DNA of 64,000 bases from Calditrichales bacterium (GCA_965267575.1 OZ254086.1:2400001-2464000), one strand, 5' to 3'; positions 47,298 through 56,822 are shown, numbered from the stretch's first letter. Notes: a model not told the origin generated them from the sequence alone. Program-made: numbers and translations.

Positions 47298-48382
47298 GGT
47301 TCTTTTGGGATTTTTAGGGTTACGGTCAAACCTTTGTCGTTGTTGTTTTTTATCAGGAATTCAAAATTATCACCAAAAAAATATTTAAGGCGGTCACGTG
47401 TGTTGCTCAACCCAATTCCCTGCTTGAAGTTCTTTTTAATGCCCGGCCCCGTATCTTTTACTGCCAGATGAATATGTTGATTATGTTGTTGCGCCGCAAT
47501 TTGAATGGACTGCTTTTGTGTTTCTGCTTCCACGCCGTATTTAACCGCGTTTTCAACGATGGGCTGTAAAATAAACGCCGGCAGCATTGTATCCAGCAGC
47601 GTCTTGTCCACGTTAAACTCAACGTCTATTTTTCCCTCGTAACGGATTTTTTGTATCTCCAGATATTTTTCTAAAAACTCCAGTTCGTCTTTTAGTGTCA
47701 CACTTTTCTTGCCCAATCCATCCAGTGAGATACGCAGCAGGTCACTTAGCCTTGCCAGCACTTTTTCCGCCAGGTTTACATCGCGGTGCATTAGCGTTGT
47801 AACGGCGTTTAAGGTGTTAAACAAAAAGTGCGGCTGAAGCTGCGACTTGAGCAGTTCAACCCGGGCTTCGGCCAACTTTGTTTCCAATTGCGATTTTAGC
47901 AGCTCGCTTTCCCGGTGTCTCCTGTAATAAATGATACTGACAATAACAGATACGATCAGTCCATAGACAAAAAGACTATCGAAGCTGCCGCCCAAAATAG
48001 CAAACCTGGCCGATTGCAAAGCTTCCAAAATACCGCGGTCCAGTTCACCGTCCAGGTCGCGGATTACAAACGTGACAAAAATAGAAAGAGCGCGATGAAC
48101 AAGGGAAATGCCAATTCCGCTAAATAACAATATCCTTATGTTTTTGGCCAAATGCTTCTTTGACAAAGTAAGCCCATTTACGATCCTGTAAACAATGGGC
48201 GTAAAAAATGCCCATAACATGTAATTGGACACGCGATACGTAAGATTTCCGTACCAGTTAAAAGGCTGGTCGTTGCTGGCGCTGTAGATGTACTGTGGTA
48301 TCACGAAGAAAAACCCCAGAAGCGTCCACGCGGCGAGCAGGTAAAAAAAATAATATCGTTTATGAAAAGCTTTATTTGTCAA
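47294..48382 (-). CDS. LytS/YehU-type sensor histidine kinase (start uncertain; TTG 48382 preferred over ATG 48436)
   Basis: 4 TM; SQLQPHFLFNTLN, LQPIVENAVKYG, DTGPG, GIGLSN. Confidence 0.92.
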   Translation of the reverse strand: MTNKAFHKRYYFFYLLAAWTLLGFFFVIPQYIYSASNDQPFNWYGNLTYRVSNYMLWAFFTPIVYRIVNGLTLSKKHLAKNIRILLFSGIGISLVHRALSIFVTFVIRDLDGELDRGILEALQSARFAILGGSFDSLFVYGLIVSVIVSIIYYRRHRESELLKSQLETKLAEARVELLKSQLQPHFLFNTLNAVTTLMHRDVNLAEKVLARLSDLLRISLDGLGKKSVTLKDELEFLEKYLEIQKIRYEGKIDVEFNVDKTLLDTMLPAFILQPIVENAVKYGVEAETQKQSIQIAAQQHNQHIHLAVKDTGPGIKKNFKQGIGLSNTRDRLKYFFGDNFEFLIKNNNDKGLTVTLKIPKEP

Positions 48383-48443
48383 TTCGATGTCCCGGATAAT
48401 ATTGGCAATTATATAAAACTGCGTTGCCAAATGCATGTCCGGA

Positions 48444-48475
48444 GTGACAAAACCACGTTTTATTGGGACAAACGC
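48444..48475 (-). promoter_or_regulatory. LytTR-type direct repeat upstream of the sensor kinase
   Basis: GCGTTTGTCCC and GGTTTTGTCAC, 21 bp apart; same core as 46480-46511. Confidence 0.55.
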
Positions 48476-48591
48476 TTAATTGCTTTAGGGTTTTTCGTCT
48501 CAATTAATTTTGGTTTTTGTTGCTAAATATAGCATCTTTCGTTCGTTATACCCCGCTATGAATTATTGATATTTCAATCCTGGGGACAGCC

Positions 48592-51123
48592 ATGGGAAAA
48601 AAGGCACTTCTGCTTATCCTTTTATTTTTTCTTCCCGCATCTCTTCTTTCACAAATCCGGCACGTGGAATCATTTGAGAACACGGCTAATGATACACATT
48701 ATTGGCAATTACGGACCTCGCCTAACGCCGCGGACAGTCTCGGTTTTATCGCCCTGAAGGACGATTCCATGCACTTTATGGAGGGCAATGCCTCTTTGCG
48801 GATGGACTGGAGCGTTGATAACTGCGAGATATGGGGCGGGCTTTCAAGAATTGAACACTGGCTGCCGGGTGACAGCTTGTTTGATATTGCCTTTTATGAC
48901 ACGCTTTCCCTCTGGTATTATGTCGACCAGCCGGCCTCCGCGCCTGGCGCCGTTGAGCTGCGCCTGCTTTTGTTTGATGTAAGTGACAGCGAGAAAGGAA
49001 ACATAAGCGATTGTTCGGATTCCGTGGAAGTGTATTACTCTTTTCATTATATCCTGGATCAGGCACCCGGTTGGCAGCGCCTGCTGATTCCGCTGAAGCA
49101 GAGTATGTCACTCGGTGAGCAGGGATTCAATTTAACGCAATGGAGCGGAATCTCCGGTAATGAGGTGTTGGACCTGGATAAGATAAAGGGCTATGCGTTT
49201 GAGTTTGCTATCAGCCAGGATACTGACAGTTACAAGGTTGATGGCACTTTGCATATGGATGCCATGTCTGTTTTTACGACGCGCGACCGCCACGACTTTA
49301 TTTTTAACGGAATCGCTTATCCGGCCAACATAACTGCTTCATATATCGGACAGGACGGCGGTATAGAGATTTCTGAAGAAGAATCCTACTCGGCTTCCAA
49401 AAGTATCAAATGGACAACCTCCGCCAATGAACTATTTACCGGTCCTGTTTTCACTTTCGAGCAACCGCTTGATTACAGTCTGCATTGGCAAAAGGCGCCG
49501 CTCAGTTTCAAGTTGCGCATGGGCGAAGCGCGCGGCGATATAAAGATCGTTATCAGCGATGATGACAGCGATGGCGACGGACCCGATCAGTCTTTTTACG
49601 CGGAAGATGTTATTGAGAGCATGTGGATGAATTACAATGGATTCTGGGATGCCTTCCGGATGCCGCTGCAGAATTTTGATCGTTTTGCCGGCGCGGCGCC
49701 AATGGACTCCTCGCGGCTTTGGCAGGTCAGGTTTCTTATTACGGACAGCGCCAGCCTGGGCAAAACAATCTACATGGATGACATCTTGTTAGGTGAACCC
49801 TTTGATTCCGGCAGGCCAGAGCAGCCCGTTTTCACGGCATTTCCCGATGATGAAGCCTACTGTAATGTTATCTCCTGGGAAGATCTATCTGTAGAAACAA
49901 ATGAATCCTACACCATTTATTACAGCGAAGCACCCATCACGCCGCAAAACTTTCACAGTGATGACGTTGAAGTGGCTGCGGCCGGCATCCCTGCGGACGT
50001 ACAGTTTTTCCGCCACCGGCTTATCGCACCCCTGAACGACCGCGAGTTGAACTATTACTACGCCGTAACCTGCGTTGATATTAGGGGAAACGAGAGCTTG
50101 CCTGTTGACGATTGTCTTGTTGTAAACCAGGGCAGGGGCTGGGCGGTTATTTCCTATCTGCCGGCATTTCCGTTCAGCGCAGATGGGAATCTGGCGGAGT
50201 GGACCGACCAGAAGCCGTTCATCATGAAACCGTCGGATGGCAGCGGGACGATTGTTGATGGTACGACCATCGACGGAGACGCTGACCTTTCCGCGCGGAT
50301 ATGGCTGGCCTGTGATGCCGAAGCACTTTACGTGGCCTTTGAAATAGAGGACGATACGCTGATTTGCGGCATGCCCGAACGCGACCTGTGGGATAATGAT
50401 TCGCCGGAACTCTTCATCGGGCTATACAATGCCCATAACCTGCCGCATGAAGAACAGCAAGGAGGCAGCGAGCCGGACTATCAATTCAACTTTGGCACGG
50501 CAGGCGTTTTTCATCATGTGTCCGGGCTCTTTGTTGTCGATTCTTCCTTTGCTGATTACCGTTTTGCCGCAGGCAACGGGCAATACAGGGTTGAAGCACG
50601 GCTTCCCTTTGAGCGGATTGCCGCTTTGCGTCCCGATTCACTCTTCGTGCCGCAGCCCGGACAACGCATCCCGCTGGATGTTTCGATAAATGACATCGAT
50701 TCAGGAAATAAGCGCGACGGTATTTTAACACTATCGCCGGATAACCAGGATATGTCCTGGCGCGATGTGAGCCGCTGGAGCCACACCTGGGTTTGGGATG
50801 AGGCAAACGCCCTGCATGAGCCTTTGAATATGCTGCCATCGGAACTTGAATTGCTTCCCAACTTCCCCAATCCGTTCAATGCTGAAACCACTTTAAGATT
50901 TACGGTTTCTTCCGGCAAAAGAAGGGCCGTGCGAATTACCGTCTATAACATCACGGGCCAGCAGATTACAGTGCTCGCGGACGATCTGTTTGAGCCCGGC
51001 GCGCACCGGATTAGTTGGGATGGCAGCGATCATAACGGACAGCCTTTACCGGCCGGTGTCTATTTCTACCTTTTGGAGTCTGGCGCTACGCGGCTTGCCG
51101 GCAAAATGGTTCTTCTCAAATAG
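48592..51123 (+). CDS. Secreted carbohydrate-binding protein (CBM-like and CBM9/DOMON-like domains, C-terminal sorting domain)
   Basis: Signal peptide; ADGNLAEW, LYVAFEIEDD, DSPELFI, DVSINDID; NFPNPFN...GVYFY...KMVLLK. Confidence 0.8.
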   Translation: MGKKALLLILLFFLPASLLSQIRHVESFENTANDTHYWQLRTSPNAADSLGFIALKDDSMHFMEGNASLRMDWSVDNCEIWGGLSRIEHWLPGDSLFDIAFYDTLSLWYYVDQPASAPGAVELRLLLFDVSDSEKGNISDCSDSVEVYYSFHYILDQAPGWQRLLIPLKQSMSLGEQGFNLTQWSGISGNEVLDLDKIKGYAFEFAISQDTDSYKVDGTLHMDAMSVFTTRDRHDFIFNGIAYPANITASYIGQDGGIEISEEESYSASKSIKWTTSANELFTGPVFTFEQPLDYSLHWQKAPLSFKLRMGEARGDIKIVISDDDSDGDGPDQSFYAEDVIESMWMNYNGFWDAFRMPLQNFDRFAGAAPMDSSRLWQVRFLITDSASLGKTIYMDDILLGEPFDSGRPEQPVFTAFPDDEAYCNVISWEDLSVETNESYTIYYSEAPITPQNFHSDDVEVAAAGIPADVQFFRHRLIAPLNDRELNYYYAVTCVDIRGNESLPVDDCLVVNQGRGWAVISYLPAFPFSADGNLAEWTDQKPFIMKPSDGSGTIVDGTTIDGDADLSARIWLACDAEALYVAFEIEDDTLICGMPERDLWDNDSPELFIGLYNAHNLPHEEQQGGSEPDYQFNFGTAGVFHHVSGLFVVDSSFADYRFAAGNGQYRVEARLPFERIAALRPDSLFVPQPGQRIPLDVSINDIDSGNKRDGILTLSPDNQDMSWRDVSRWSHTWVWDEANALHEPLNMLPSELELLPNFPNPFNAETTLRFTVSSGKRRAVRITVYNITGQQITVLADDLFEPGAHRISWDGSDHNGQPLPAGVYFYLLESGATRLAGKMVLLK

Positions 51124-51163
51124 CGGATTCTTTTATAGACCGAAGCTATACAAAAATAAACAT

Positions 51164-51189
51164 AAAAGGGCTCCCTTTCGAGGAGCCCT
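51164..51189 (-). terminator. Intrinsic terminator between convergent genes
   Basis: AGGGCTCC / GGAGCCCT stem with an A run on the left. Confidence 0.7.
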
Positions 51190-51204
51190 GATTCGGTAGG
51201 CGGA

Positions 51205-51558
51205 TTACTGCTGTTCTTCGCCTTTCTCCGTTTTTCTGGCGACGGCATAAACAAGTAACAGTCCAATGCCGGGCAGTAAAAAGATCAGACCGGCGATCGT
51301 TTCATCCTGGACGGATGGATCTACATAAGCGCCAATCAGAATGGCCAGACCTACACCAATCAAAACCGCACCAATTTTCAACGTGAGCATGCCGGCCCCC
51401 TCTTTTTTGCGCGAAGGCAAAAGGAAGGCTAGCTGGTCATCGCTTACGCCTTTTTCGATAATGGCCATACGCTCGGTGTGGCGGTTTTTAATGAAGTGGT
51501 ACAGGATTACAGCAGTTGCTACAAATAACGTAATCGGAATCAAAATCTCTTCTTGCAT
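51205..51558 (-). CDS. Small membrane protein (DUF6249-like), divergent from the ECF sigma
   Basis: ATG 51558 with SD GGAGG; RHTERMAIIEKG motif; 3 TM. Confidence 0.8.
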   Translation of the reverse strand: MQEEILIPITLFVATAVILYHFIKNRHTERMAIIEKGVSDDQLAFLLPSRKKEGAGMLTLKIGAVLIGVGLAILIGAYVDPSVQDETIAGLIFLLPGIGLLLVYAVARKTEKGEEQQ

Positions 51559-51585
51559 TGTTACCTCCGGGTTTGTTTTGATCAA

Positions 51586-51665
51586 TAAGACAGGCGCAGT
51601 TTTAAAACGGTTTCAGCTAAATAATTTTTTTTGGTTGAAACCGATATTAATTTCAGACTGTCTTA
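51586..51665. promoter_or_regulatory. Back-to-back ECF promoters with identical boxes
   Basis: TGAAACCG-N14-CTGTCTTA on - (51615-51586) and on + (51636-51665). Confidence 0.8.
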
Positions 51666-51671
51666 AGGGGT

Positions 51672-52241
51672 ATGGAAATGGAAGATACATATATCCGGCG
51701 ATTGAAGAGCGGCGATTCTTCGGCTCTGGAACCTCTGATGCGCCTGCACCAGGATATGGTGTTTACGGTCGCTTTGCGTATGGTGAAAGATCGTTCCGTG
51801 GCCGAAGAGGTGACACAGGATGTATTTATAAAGGTGTTCCGGAAAATTGACAGCTACGAACAACGCAGCAAGTTTACCACCTGGCTCTACACCATCGCCT
51901 ACAGAACGTGTCTTAACTATTTGCAGAAAAAAGACGTGACCGTTGCCCAAAGCAGGCTAAGCGATGCCCAACGCCGTCAGGGTGAGATTGATGACAGCCG
52001 CAGGGTTGCAACACCGCACAAAAAGCGCGAGGACCAGGAGGCAATCTGGCAGGCCATAGACACGCTGGAGCCGCTGCAGGGGGTAACAATAAGCCTGTTT
52101 TACCTGCAGATGTTCAGCGTAAAGGAGATATCGGACATAATGGAAATACCGGAAAATACCGTAAAAACCCACCTGCACCGCGGCAGAAAGGAGTTGCGCA
52201 AAGTTCTGCTGGCGCAATATCGCGACGAGGAGTTGGTATGA
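51672..52241 (+). CDS. ECF sigma factor (SigW/RpoE-like)
   Basis: AEEVTQDVFIK, FTTWLYTIAYR, SVKEISDIMEIPENTVKTHLHRGR. Confidence 0.93.
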   Translation: MEMEDTYIRRLKSGDSSALEPLMRLHQDMVFTVALRMVKDRSVAEEVTQDVFIKVFRKIDSYEQRSKFTTWLYTIAYRTCLNYLQKKDVTVAQSRLSDAQRRQGEIDDSRRVATPHKKREDQEAIWQAIDTLEPLQGVTISLFYLQMFSVKEISDIMEIPENTVKTHLHRGRKELRKVLLAQYRDEELV

Positions 52242-52738
52242 AACAACATGTGAATGAAAAAAGAATCGAATCCGTATTTGAAAACCGCCTGGAGTTTTCC
52301 AGTGAAGAAAAGCAGCATATCGAACAGTGCCCTTCCTGCCGCTCGCTTGTCGATCAGGAGCAGAGGCTGGATGCAATACTGCGCGGCCTGAAGGCTCAGA
52401 AAGCGCCTCGCGGCCTGCTGCAAAAAGTTTTGGAAAAGGCAAGCGTTCGCAATAACGGTCGCGACTGGTGGTTTGTCGCCGCCGCCTTTTCGCTTGCTGT
52501 TTTAAGCGGATACTACATCTTTACCAGTAATCCGATCATTGCTGAAATTTTTTCAGCTTTTGGATTATGGCTCTCTCCGATTGCGGAAAAAGCGGCAAGT
52601 TACCTGCCCAAAGTCTCCTTTGGTATCAATATTTCCGGGGGCCTTCCGTTTAATGTCAATTTACTGCTTGCCGGTGTTTTGGCCTTCGGCTTTTTTATGA
52701 TGCTGGATCGCTTTTGGGGCAGGCGTTTCAGGCATTAA
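52238..52738 (+). CDS. Zinc-binding anti-sigma factor (ZAS), membrane-bound
   Basis: HIEQCPSC (HxxxCxxC) then TM helices; overlaps the sigma stop. Confidence 0.85.
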   Translation: MKQHVNEKRIESVFENRLEFSSEEKQHIEQCPSCRSLVDQEQRLDAILRGLKAQKAPRGLLQKVLEKASVRNNGRDWWFVAAAFSLAVLSGYYIFTSNPIIAEIFSAFGLWLSPIAEKAASYLPKVSFGINISGGLPFNVNLLLAGVLAFGFFMMLDRFWGRRFRH

Positions 52739-52747
52739 CGCGTTAAA

Positions 52748-52866
52748 GTGCCAGAGTGCTAGTGTGTTTAGGTGTTAGAGTTTTCGGTAGCTGTGTAGTT
52801 TCTCCATTTGCATTTTAGAATCATTGATTCATCTATTCAGCGATTCAATTCTTCAGCCATTCATCT
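52748..52866. repeat. Degenerate tandem octamers, two tracts
   Basis: GTGCCAGA GTGCTAGT GTGTTTAG GTGTTAGA; then ATTCATCT ATTCAGCG ATTCAATT CTTCAGCC ATTCATCT. Confidence 0.6.
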
Positions 52867-52929
52867 CATTGCTTGTACTTCCAAAATTAGCAGTTGATGC
52901 AATGGGATGAGCATTGTAAATTTGCCCTC

Positions 52930-53847
52930 ATGAAAAAGTCAATCACACCTTTGACCACTTTCGAAACATCCCTGATACCCGCCACTACCCACTTTTTGAA
53001 TAAGGCGCTGGACTACGATTTCTTTACCGAGAACCTGCTCAAAGACAAGACCCTCGATGATCCGGACTATGATGCGGATTTGTGCTTGCTGTTGCTGGAA
53101 AATGAACTACCGCAAGCGTTTGCAATGGGTGTTATCCGCAGAAACATTCGTGGCGAAGATATTGCCTATATAAAACTGCTGGCCGTTGCGCCACCGCGCC
53201 GCCGCCAAGGCCTGGCTTCTCGTTTATACTATCAGTTGGAACAGGCCTTTCGCGAGCAGGGTGCAGACAAAGTGCGCGTGTACGATGCGCCGTTTAATTA
53301 CTTCATGCCCGGCATCGATCCTCGCTACACGGAAGCGATCGCTTTTTTTGAACGGCTGGGCTTTAAGCGATTTGCCGACACATCCAACATGAATGTGGAT
53401 CTGCTGGCGCGCGATTGGGACACAAAACGGGAAGAAGATGCGCTAAAAAAGGCGAATATTCACATTAGACGCTGCCATGCCGATGATGAAAAGGTGTTAA
53501 TGGATTTTGTGGACAAATGGTTTGACTTGTGGCGTCCGGAGGTAGAACGCATGTTGCAGAATAAGCCGCGCAGCGTACATATCGCTTTTGAAGAGGATGA
53601 AATGGTCGCGTTTTCCGGTCATTCCGGAAATAATGCGGGCATGCCCTGGTTTGGCCCTATGGGTACGCACCCCGAAAAGCGTGGTCGTGGCGTTGGCGGC
53701 ATTTTGCTTAAGCGTTGCCTGCGTGATCTTAAACAGGAGGGCTACAGCAGGGCGATCATTCCCTGGGTGGGTCCGGTTTCCTTTTACCAGTATCACGCGG
53801 CTGCACGTGTTGATCGTATCTTCTGGCGCTACGAAAAACATCTTTAA
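52930..53847 (+). CDS. Tandem-domain GNAT acetyltransferase
   Basis: LAVAPPRRRQGLA and GPMGTHPEKRGRGVG acetyl-CoA motifs. Confidence 0.88.
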   Translation: MKKSITPLTTFETSLIPATTHFLNKALDYDFFTENLLKDKTLDDPDYDADLCLLLLENELPQAFAMGVIRRNIRGEDIAYIKLLAVAPPRRRQGLASRLYYQLEQAFREQGADKVRVYDAPFNYFMPGIDPRYTEAIAFFERLGFKRFADTSNMNVDLLARDWDTKREEDALKKANIHIRRCHADDEKVLMDFVDKWFDLWRPEVERMLQNKPRSVHIAFEEDEMVAFSGHSGNNAGMPWFGPMGTHPEKRGRGVGGILLKRCLRDLKQEGYSRAIIPWVGPVSFYQYHAAARVDRIFWRYEKHL

Positions 53848-53853
53848 TTGCTT

Positions 53854-54801
53854 ATGGCTTCTTTGAAGATTGGGCTGGTGCTCGGCGGTGGCGGTGCCCG
53901 CGGTCTGGCGCATATCGGCGTACTTAAGGTCCTGGAGAAAAATAATATCCCCATCCATGTGATTACGGGAACGAGCATGGGCGCCCTCATCGGCGCGCTA
54001 TATGCGCAGCATCCCGATGCGGAATGGGTGGAAAACCGTGTTCAGCAATTCCTGAATAGTGACGTTTTCCGGCGCTCCGGCGGCAATGTTTTTAAACAAC
54101 ACCGCGCGGATTATGAACCGGAAGACGTTCTGCGCCAGCTGAGTCATCGTATAAAAAAGCGCATTGTGATCAACCTGGCGGCGCACCGCATCAGCCTGAT
54201 GAAGGGCGAGCGGCTGCAGCTGGCCATTGACGAGCTGATCGACGACGGCAAAATAGAGGATACAAAGATACCGTTTGCCTGCGCATCCACGGACCTGCGC
54301 TACGGGGAAACGGTTGTTTTTACAAATGGCAGCCTGCGTTACGCTTTACGCGCCAGTGCCGCTATTCCGGGCTTTATCCCGCCCGTGGCGCAAAACGGTC
54401 GTCTGCTTATCGACGGCAGCGTATGCAACAATTTTCCCGTGGAAGCGGCCCGCATGCTGGGCGCGAATTTCATTATCGCCAGCGATGTTATGCTGGACGT
54501 TGATCCCAAAATTGAGTTGAAAAACGTTATTGATATTGTTATACGCTCCAACATGGTTTCCACCAATGCTGTTAATTCACTGCTGCTGGAAAAGGTAGAG
54601 CATGTAATTCGCCCGCAGACAGGCAAGACCCATTGGAGCGATTTTGAAGATTTTGACTCTCTTTTCCGTAAAGGATATGACGCGGCACATGAGGAGATTG
54701 AAAAGATAAAATTGCACATTAGCCGAAGGAACTCTTTGACCGGTCGCGTAAAGTACTGGCTGTACAATTGGATAAAAAACTGGTATTTGAATGGCATCTG
54801 A
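53854..54801 (+). CDS. Patatin-like phospholipase
   Basis: GGGGARG, GTSMG, ASAAIPG, DG catalytic Asp. Confidence 0.93.
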   Translation: MASLKIGLVLGGGGARGLAHIGVLKVLEKNNIPIHVITGTSMGALIGALYAQHPDAEWVENRVQQFLNSDVFRRSGGNVFKQHRADYEPEDVLRQLSHRIKKRIVINLAAHRISLMKGERLQLAIDELIDDGKIEDTKIPFACASTDLRYGETVVFTNGSLRYALRASAAIPGFIPPVAQNGRLLIDGSVCNNFPVEAARMLGANFIIASDVMLDVDPKIELKNVIDIVIRSNMVSTNAVNSLLLEKVEHVIRPQTGKTHWSDFEDFDSLFRKGYDAAHEEIEKIKLHISRRNSLTGRVKYWLYNWIKNWYLNGI

Positions 54802-55975
54802 GATAAAACGCGCTTTTTGCATCGTTCTGGACGGTGTCGGCATAGGTTCTCTTCCCGATGCAGCCTCCTATGGGGATGACGGAAGCGATACGCTGGGACA
54901 CATCGCCCGGCATGTTAATGGTCTAAACCTGCCTACAATGGAGAGCATGGGCCTCGGCAATATCCGGGCGTTGCAAGGCGTTGAACCACAGCATAGCGCG
55001 TTGGGCTGTTACGGCAAAATGGCGGAAGTTTCTGCCGGTAAAGATTCGACCACCGGCCATTGGGAGATTGCCGGCATTCAGCTGGACAAGCCTTTTCCAA
55101 CTTACCCCAACGGCTTTCCGAGGGAAGTGATTGAATCATTTGAAGAGCAAACCGGTCGCAAAACGCTTGGCAATAAAACCGCTTCCGGCACCGACATCAT
55201 TAAAGAACTCGGGGAAGCGCATATTGCATCCGGCGATTTGATCGTTTACACATCCGCCGATTCCGTTTTTCAGATTGCCGCCCACACAGATATTGTGCCG
55301 TTGGAAGAGTTGTACCGTTTTTGCCGTATCGCCCGCGAAATTTTGCAGGGTGAGCATGCCGTCGCCCGCGTGATAGCGCGTCCTTTCAGCGGCAAAAACG
55401 CCGATGATTTTACCCGCACAAAAGACCGTAAAGATTTTTCCATAAAGCCATTTTCAGAAACGGTGCATGCGGCGTTATTGTCCGCGGGGATACATACGGT
55501 GGGTATCGGCAAAGTAAACGATCTGTACGCCTGTTGCGGAATTGCCGAAAGCCACTATACAAAAACAAACGCTGAAGGCATGCAGGCACTGGAAGAAGCA
55601 CTGGACCTGGAAAAACAATCCTTTGTGATGGCCAATCTTGTGGACTTTGATACATTGTATGGTCATCGCAACGATCCCGATGGATTTTATGCGGCGCTCA
55701 GGGAATTCGACGGCTGGTTGCCCCGTTTCCTTAAACGTATGCAAAACAATGACTTACTGATCATCATCGCCGATCACGGCAATGATCCCCTTTTCCCGGG
55801 AACGGATCATACCCGCGAATATGTCCCGCTGCTCGCTTACGGACCCTCTCTGCGAAACAATCAGGATCTTGGTTCACGCAAAACTTTCAGTGATATAAGT
55901 GCAACCTTGCGGGACTATTTTGATGTCTCACGTGGTTCCACAGGCAGCAGTTTTTTGGATCAACTAATAAAATGA
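54791..55975 (+). CDS. deoB: Phosphopentomutase
   Basis: LDGVGIG, GKDSTTGHWE, YTSADSVFQIAAH, NLVDFD..YGHRND, ADHGND, DHTRE. Confidence 0.96.
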   Translation: MASEIKRAFCIVLDGVGIGSLPDAASYGDDGSDTLGHIARHVNGLNLPTMESMGLGNIRALQGVEPQHSALGCYGKMAEVSAGKDSTTGHWEIAGIQLDKPFPTYPNGFPREVIESFEEQTGRKTLGNKTASGTDIIKELGEAHIASGDLIVYTSADSVFQIAAHTDIVPLEELYRFCRIAREILQGEHAVARVIARPFSGKNADDFTRTKDRKDFSIKPFSETVHAALLSAGIHTVGIGKVNDLYACCGIAESHYTKTNAEGMQALEEALDLEKQSFVMANLVDFDTLYGHRNDPDGFYAALREFDGWLPRFLKRMQNNDLLIIIADHGNDPLFPGTDHTREYVPLLAYGPSLRNNQDLGSRKTFSDISATLRDYFDVSRGSTGSSFLDQLIK

Positions 55976-55985
55976 GAGCAAACGG

Positions 55986-56255
55986 ATGCTTTTAGGAAAA
56001 GTGATTGGCACGGTGTGGGCTACACGCAAAGACGAAAAGCTCACGGGGATGAAACTATTGCTGGTGCGGCATGTTGAACCGGACTACAGTTTTAAAAACA
56101 GTTATGTTGTGGCCGCGGACAGCGTGGGTGCGGGCGTTGGAGAAATTGTAATGATAACGACGGGAAGTTCTGCGCGGCAGTCTAAGCTTACCGATGGCAA
56201 GCCTGTCGACGCGGTTGTTTCCGGCATCATAGATAAAGTTGATATCGTGGAGTGA
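55986..56255 (+). CDS. Bacterial microcompartment vertex protein (EutN/CcmL, BMC-P)
   Basis: GKVIGTVWATRK, ADSVGAGVGE, GSSAR, DAVVSGIID. Confidence 0.94.
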   Translation: MLLGKVIGTVWATRKDEKLTGMKLLLVRHVEPDYSFKNSYVVAADSVGAGVGEIVMITTGSSARQSKLTDGKPVDAVVSGIIDKVDIVE

Positions 56256-56259
56256 TGGA

Positions 56260-56529
56260 ATGGATTTGGGTCGTGTCATCGGGTCGGTTTGGGCCACGCA
56301 AAAACATGAGCCTCTGGAAGGGCTGAAGCTTTATCTGGTCCAGCCGGAAGATATTGAAGGAAACAAAAACGGCAGCGTTTTGATTGCCGCAGATACGGTC
56401 GGCGCCGGAATCGGAGAGCTGGTCTATTACACTACCGCCTATGAAGCCGTAATACCTTTACGCAAAAAGCCGGCATTGTGTGATGCATCCATAGTGGGAA
56501 TTGTGGAGAAACTGGAGGTACAGCGATGA
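56260..56529 (+). CDS. Second BMC-P vertex protein (EutN/CcmL)
   Basis: GRVIGSVWATQK, ADTVGAGIGE, DASIVGIVE. Confidence 0.92.
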   Translation: MDLGRVIGSVWATQKHEPLEGLKLYLVQPEDIEGNKNGSVLIAADTVGAGIGELVYYTTAYEAVIPLRKKPALCDASIVGIVEKLEVQR

Positions 56530-56822
56530 CTTTAAGAGACAAAATGTCCCGCCTTCTGAAGGATTCTCTTGATTATGCGACCGAAGTTACGTCAGAATAT
56601 ACGCGTAAGGGCCGCATACGTCTTGAAATACTGGCCCTTAAAAAAGAGATAGAAGAAAAAATGTTGCAACTTGGCGGGGATGTTTATCATCTGGTAAAAG
56701 AAGACGGCGCAAAAATGGTTGAGCAGCATAACCGAGTAAGCCACCTGATCCGCCAAATAGAGGAGCTGGAAAAAGAGCTCGAAGATTGGATGACAAAGCT
56801 AAAACAAGTAAACAATGGCTGA
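56526..56822 (+). CDS. Hypothetical coiled-coil protein
   Basis: Overlaps the upstream stop (ATGA); helical heptads. Confidence 0.7.
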   Translation: MTLRDKMSRLLKDSLDYATEVTSEYTRKGRIRLEILALKKEIEEKMLQLGGDVYHLVKEDGAKMVEQHNRVSHLIRQIEELEKELEDWMTKLKQVNNG

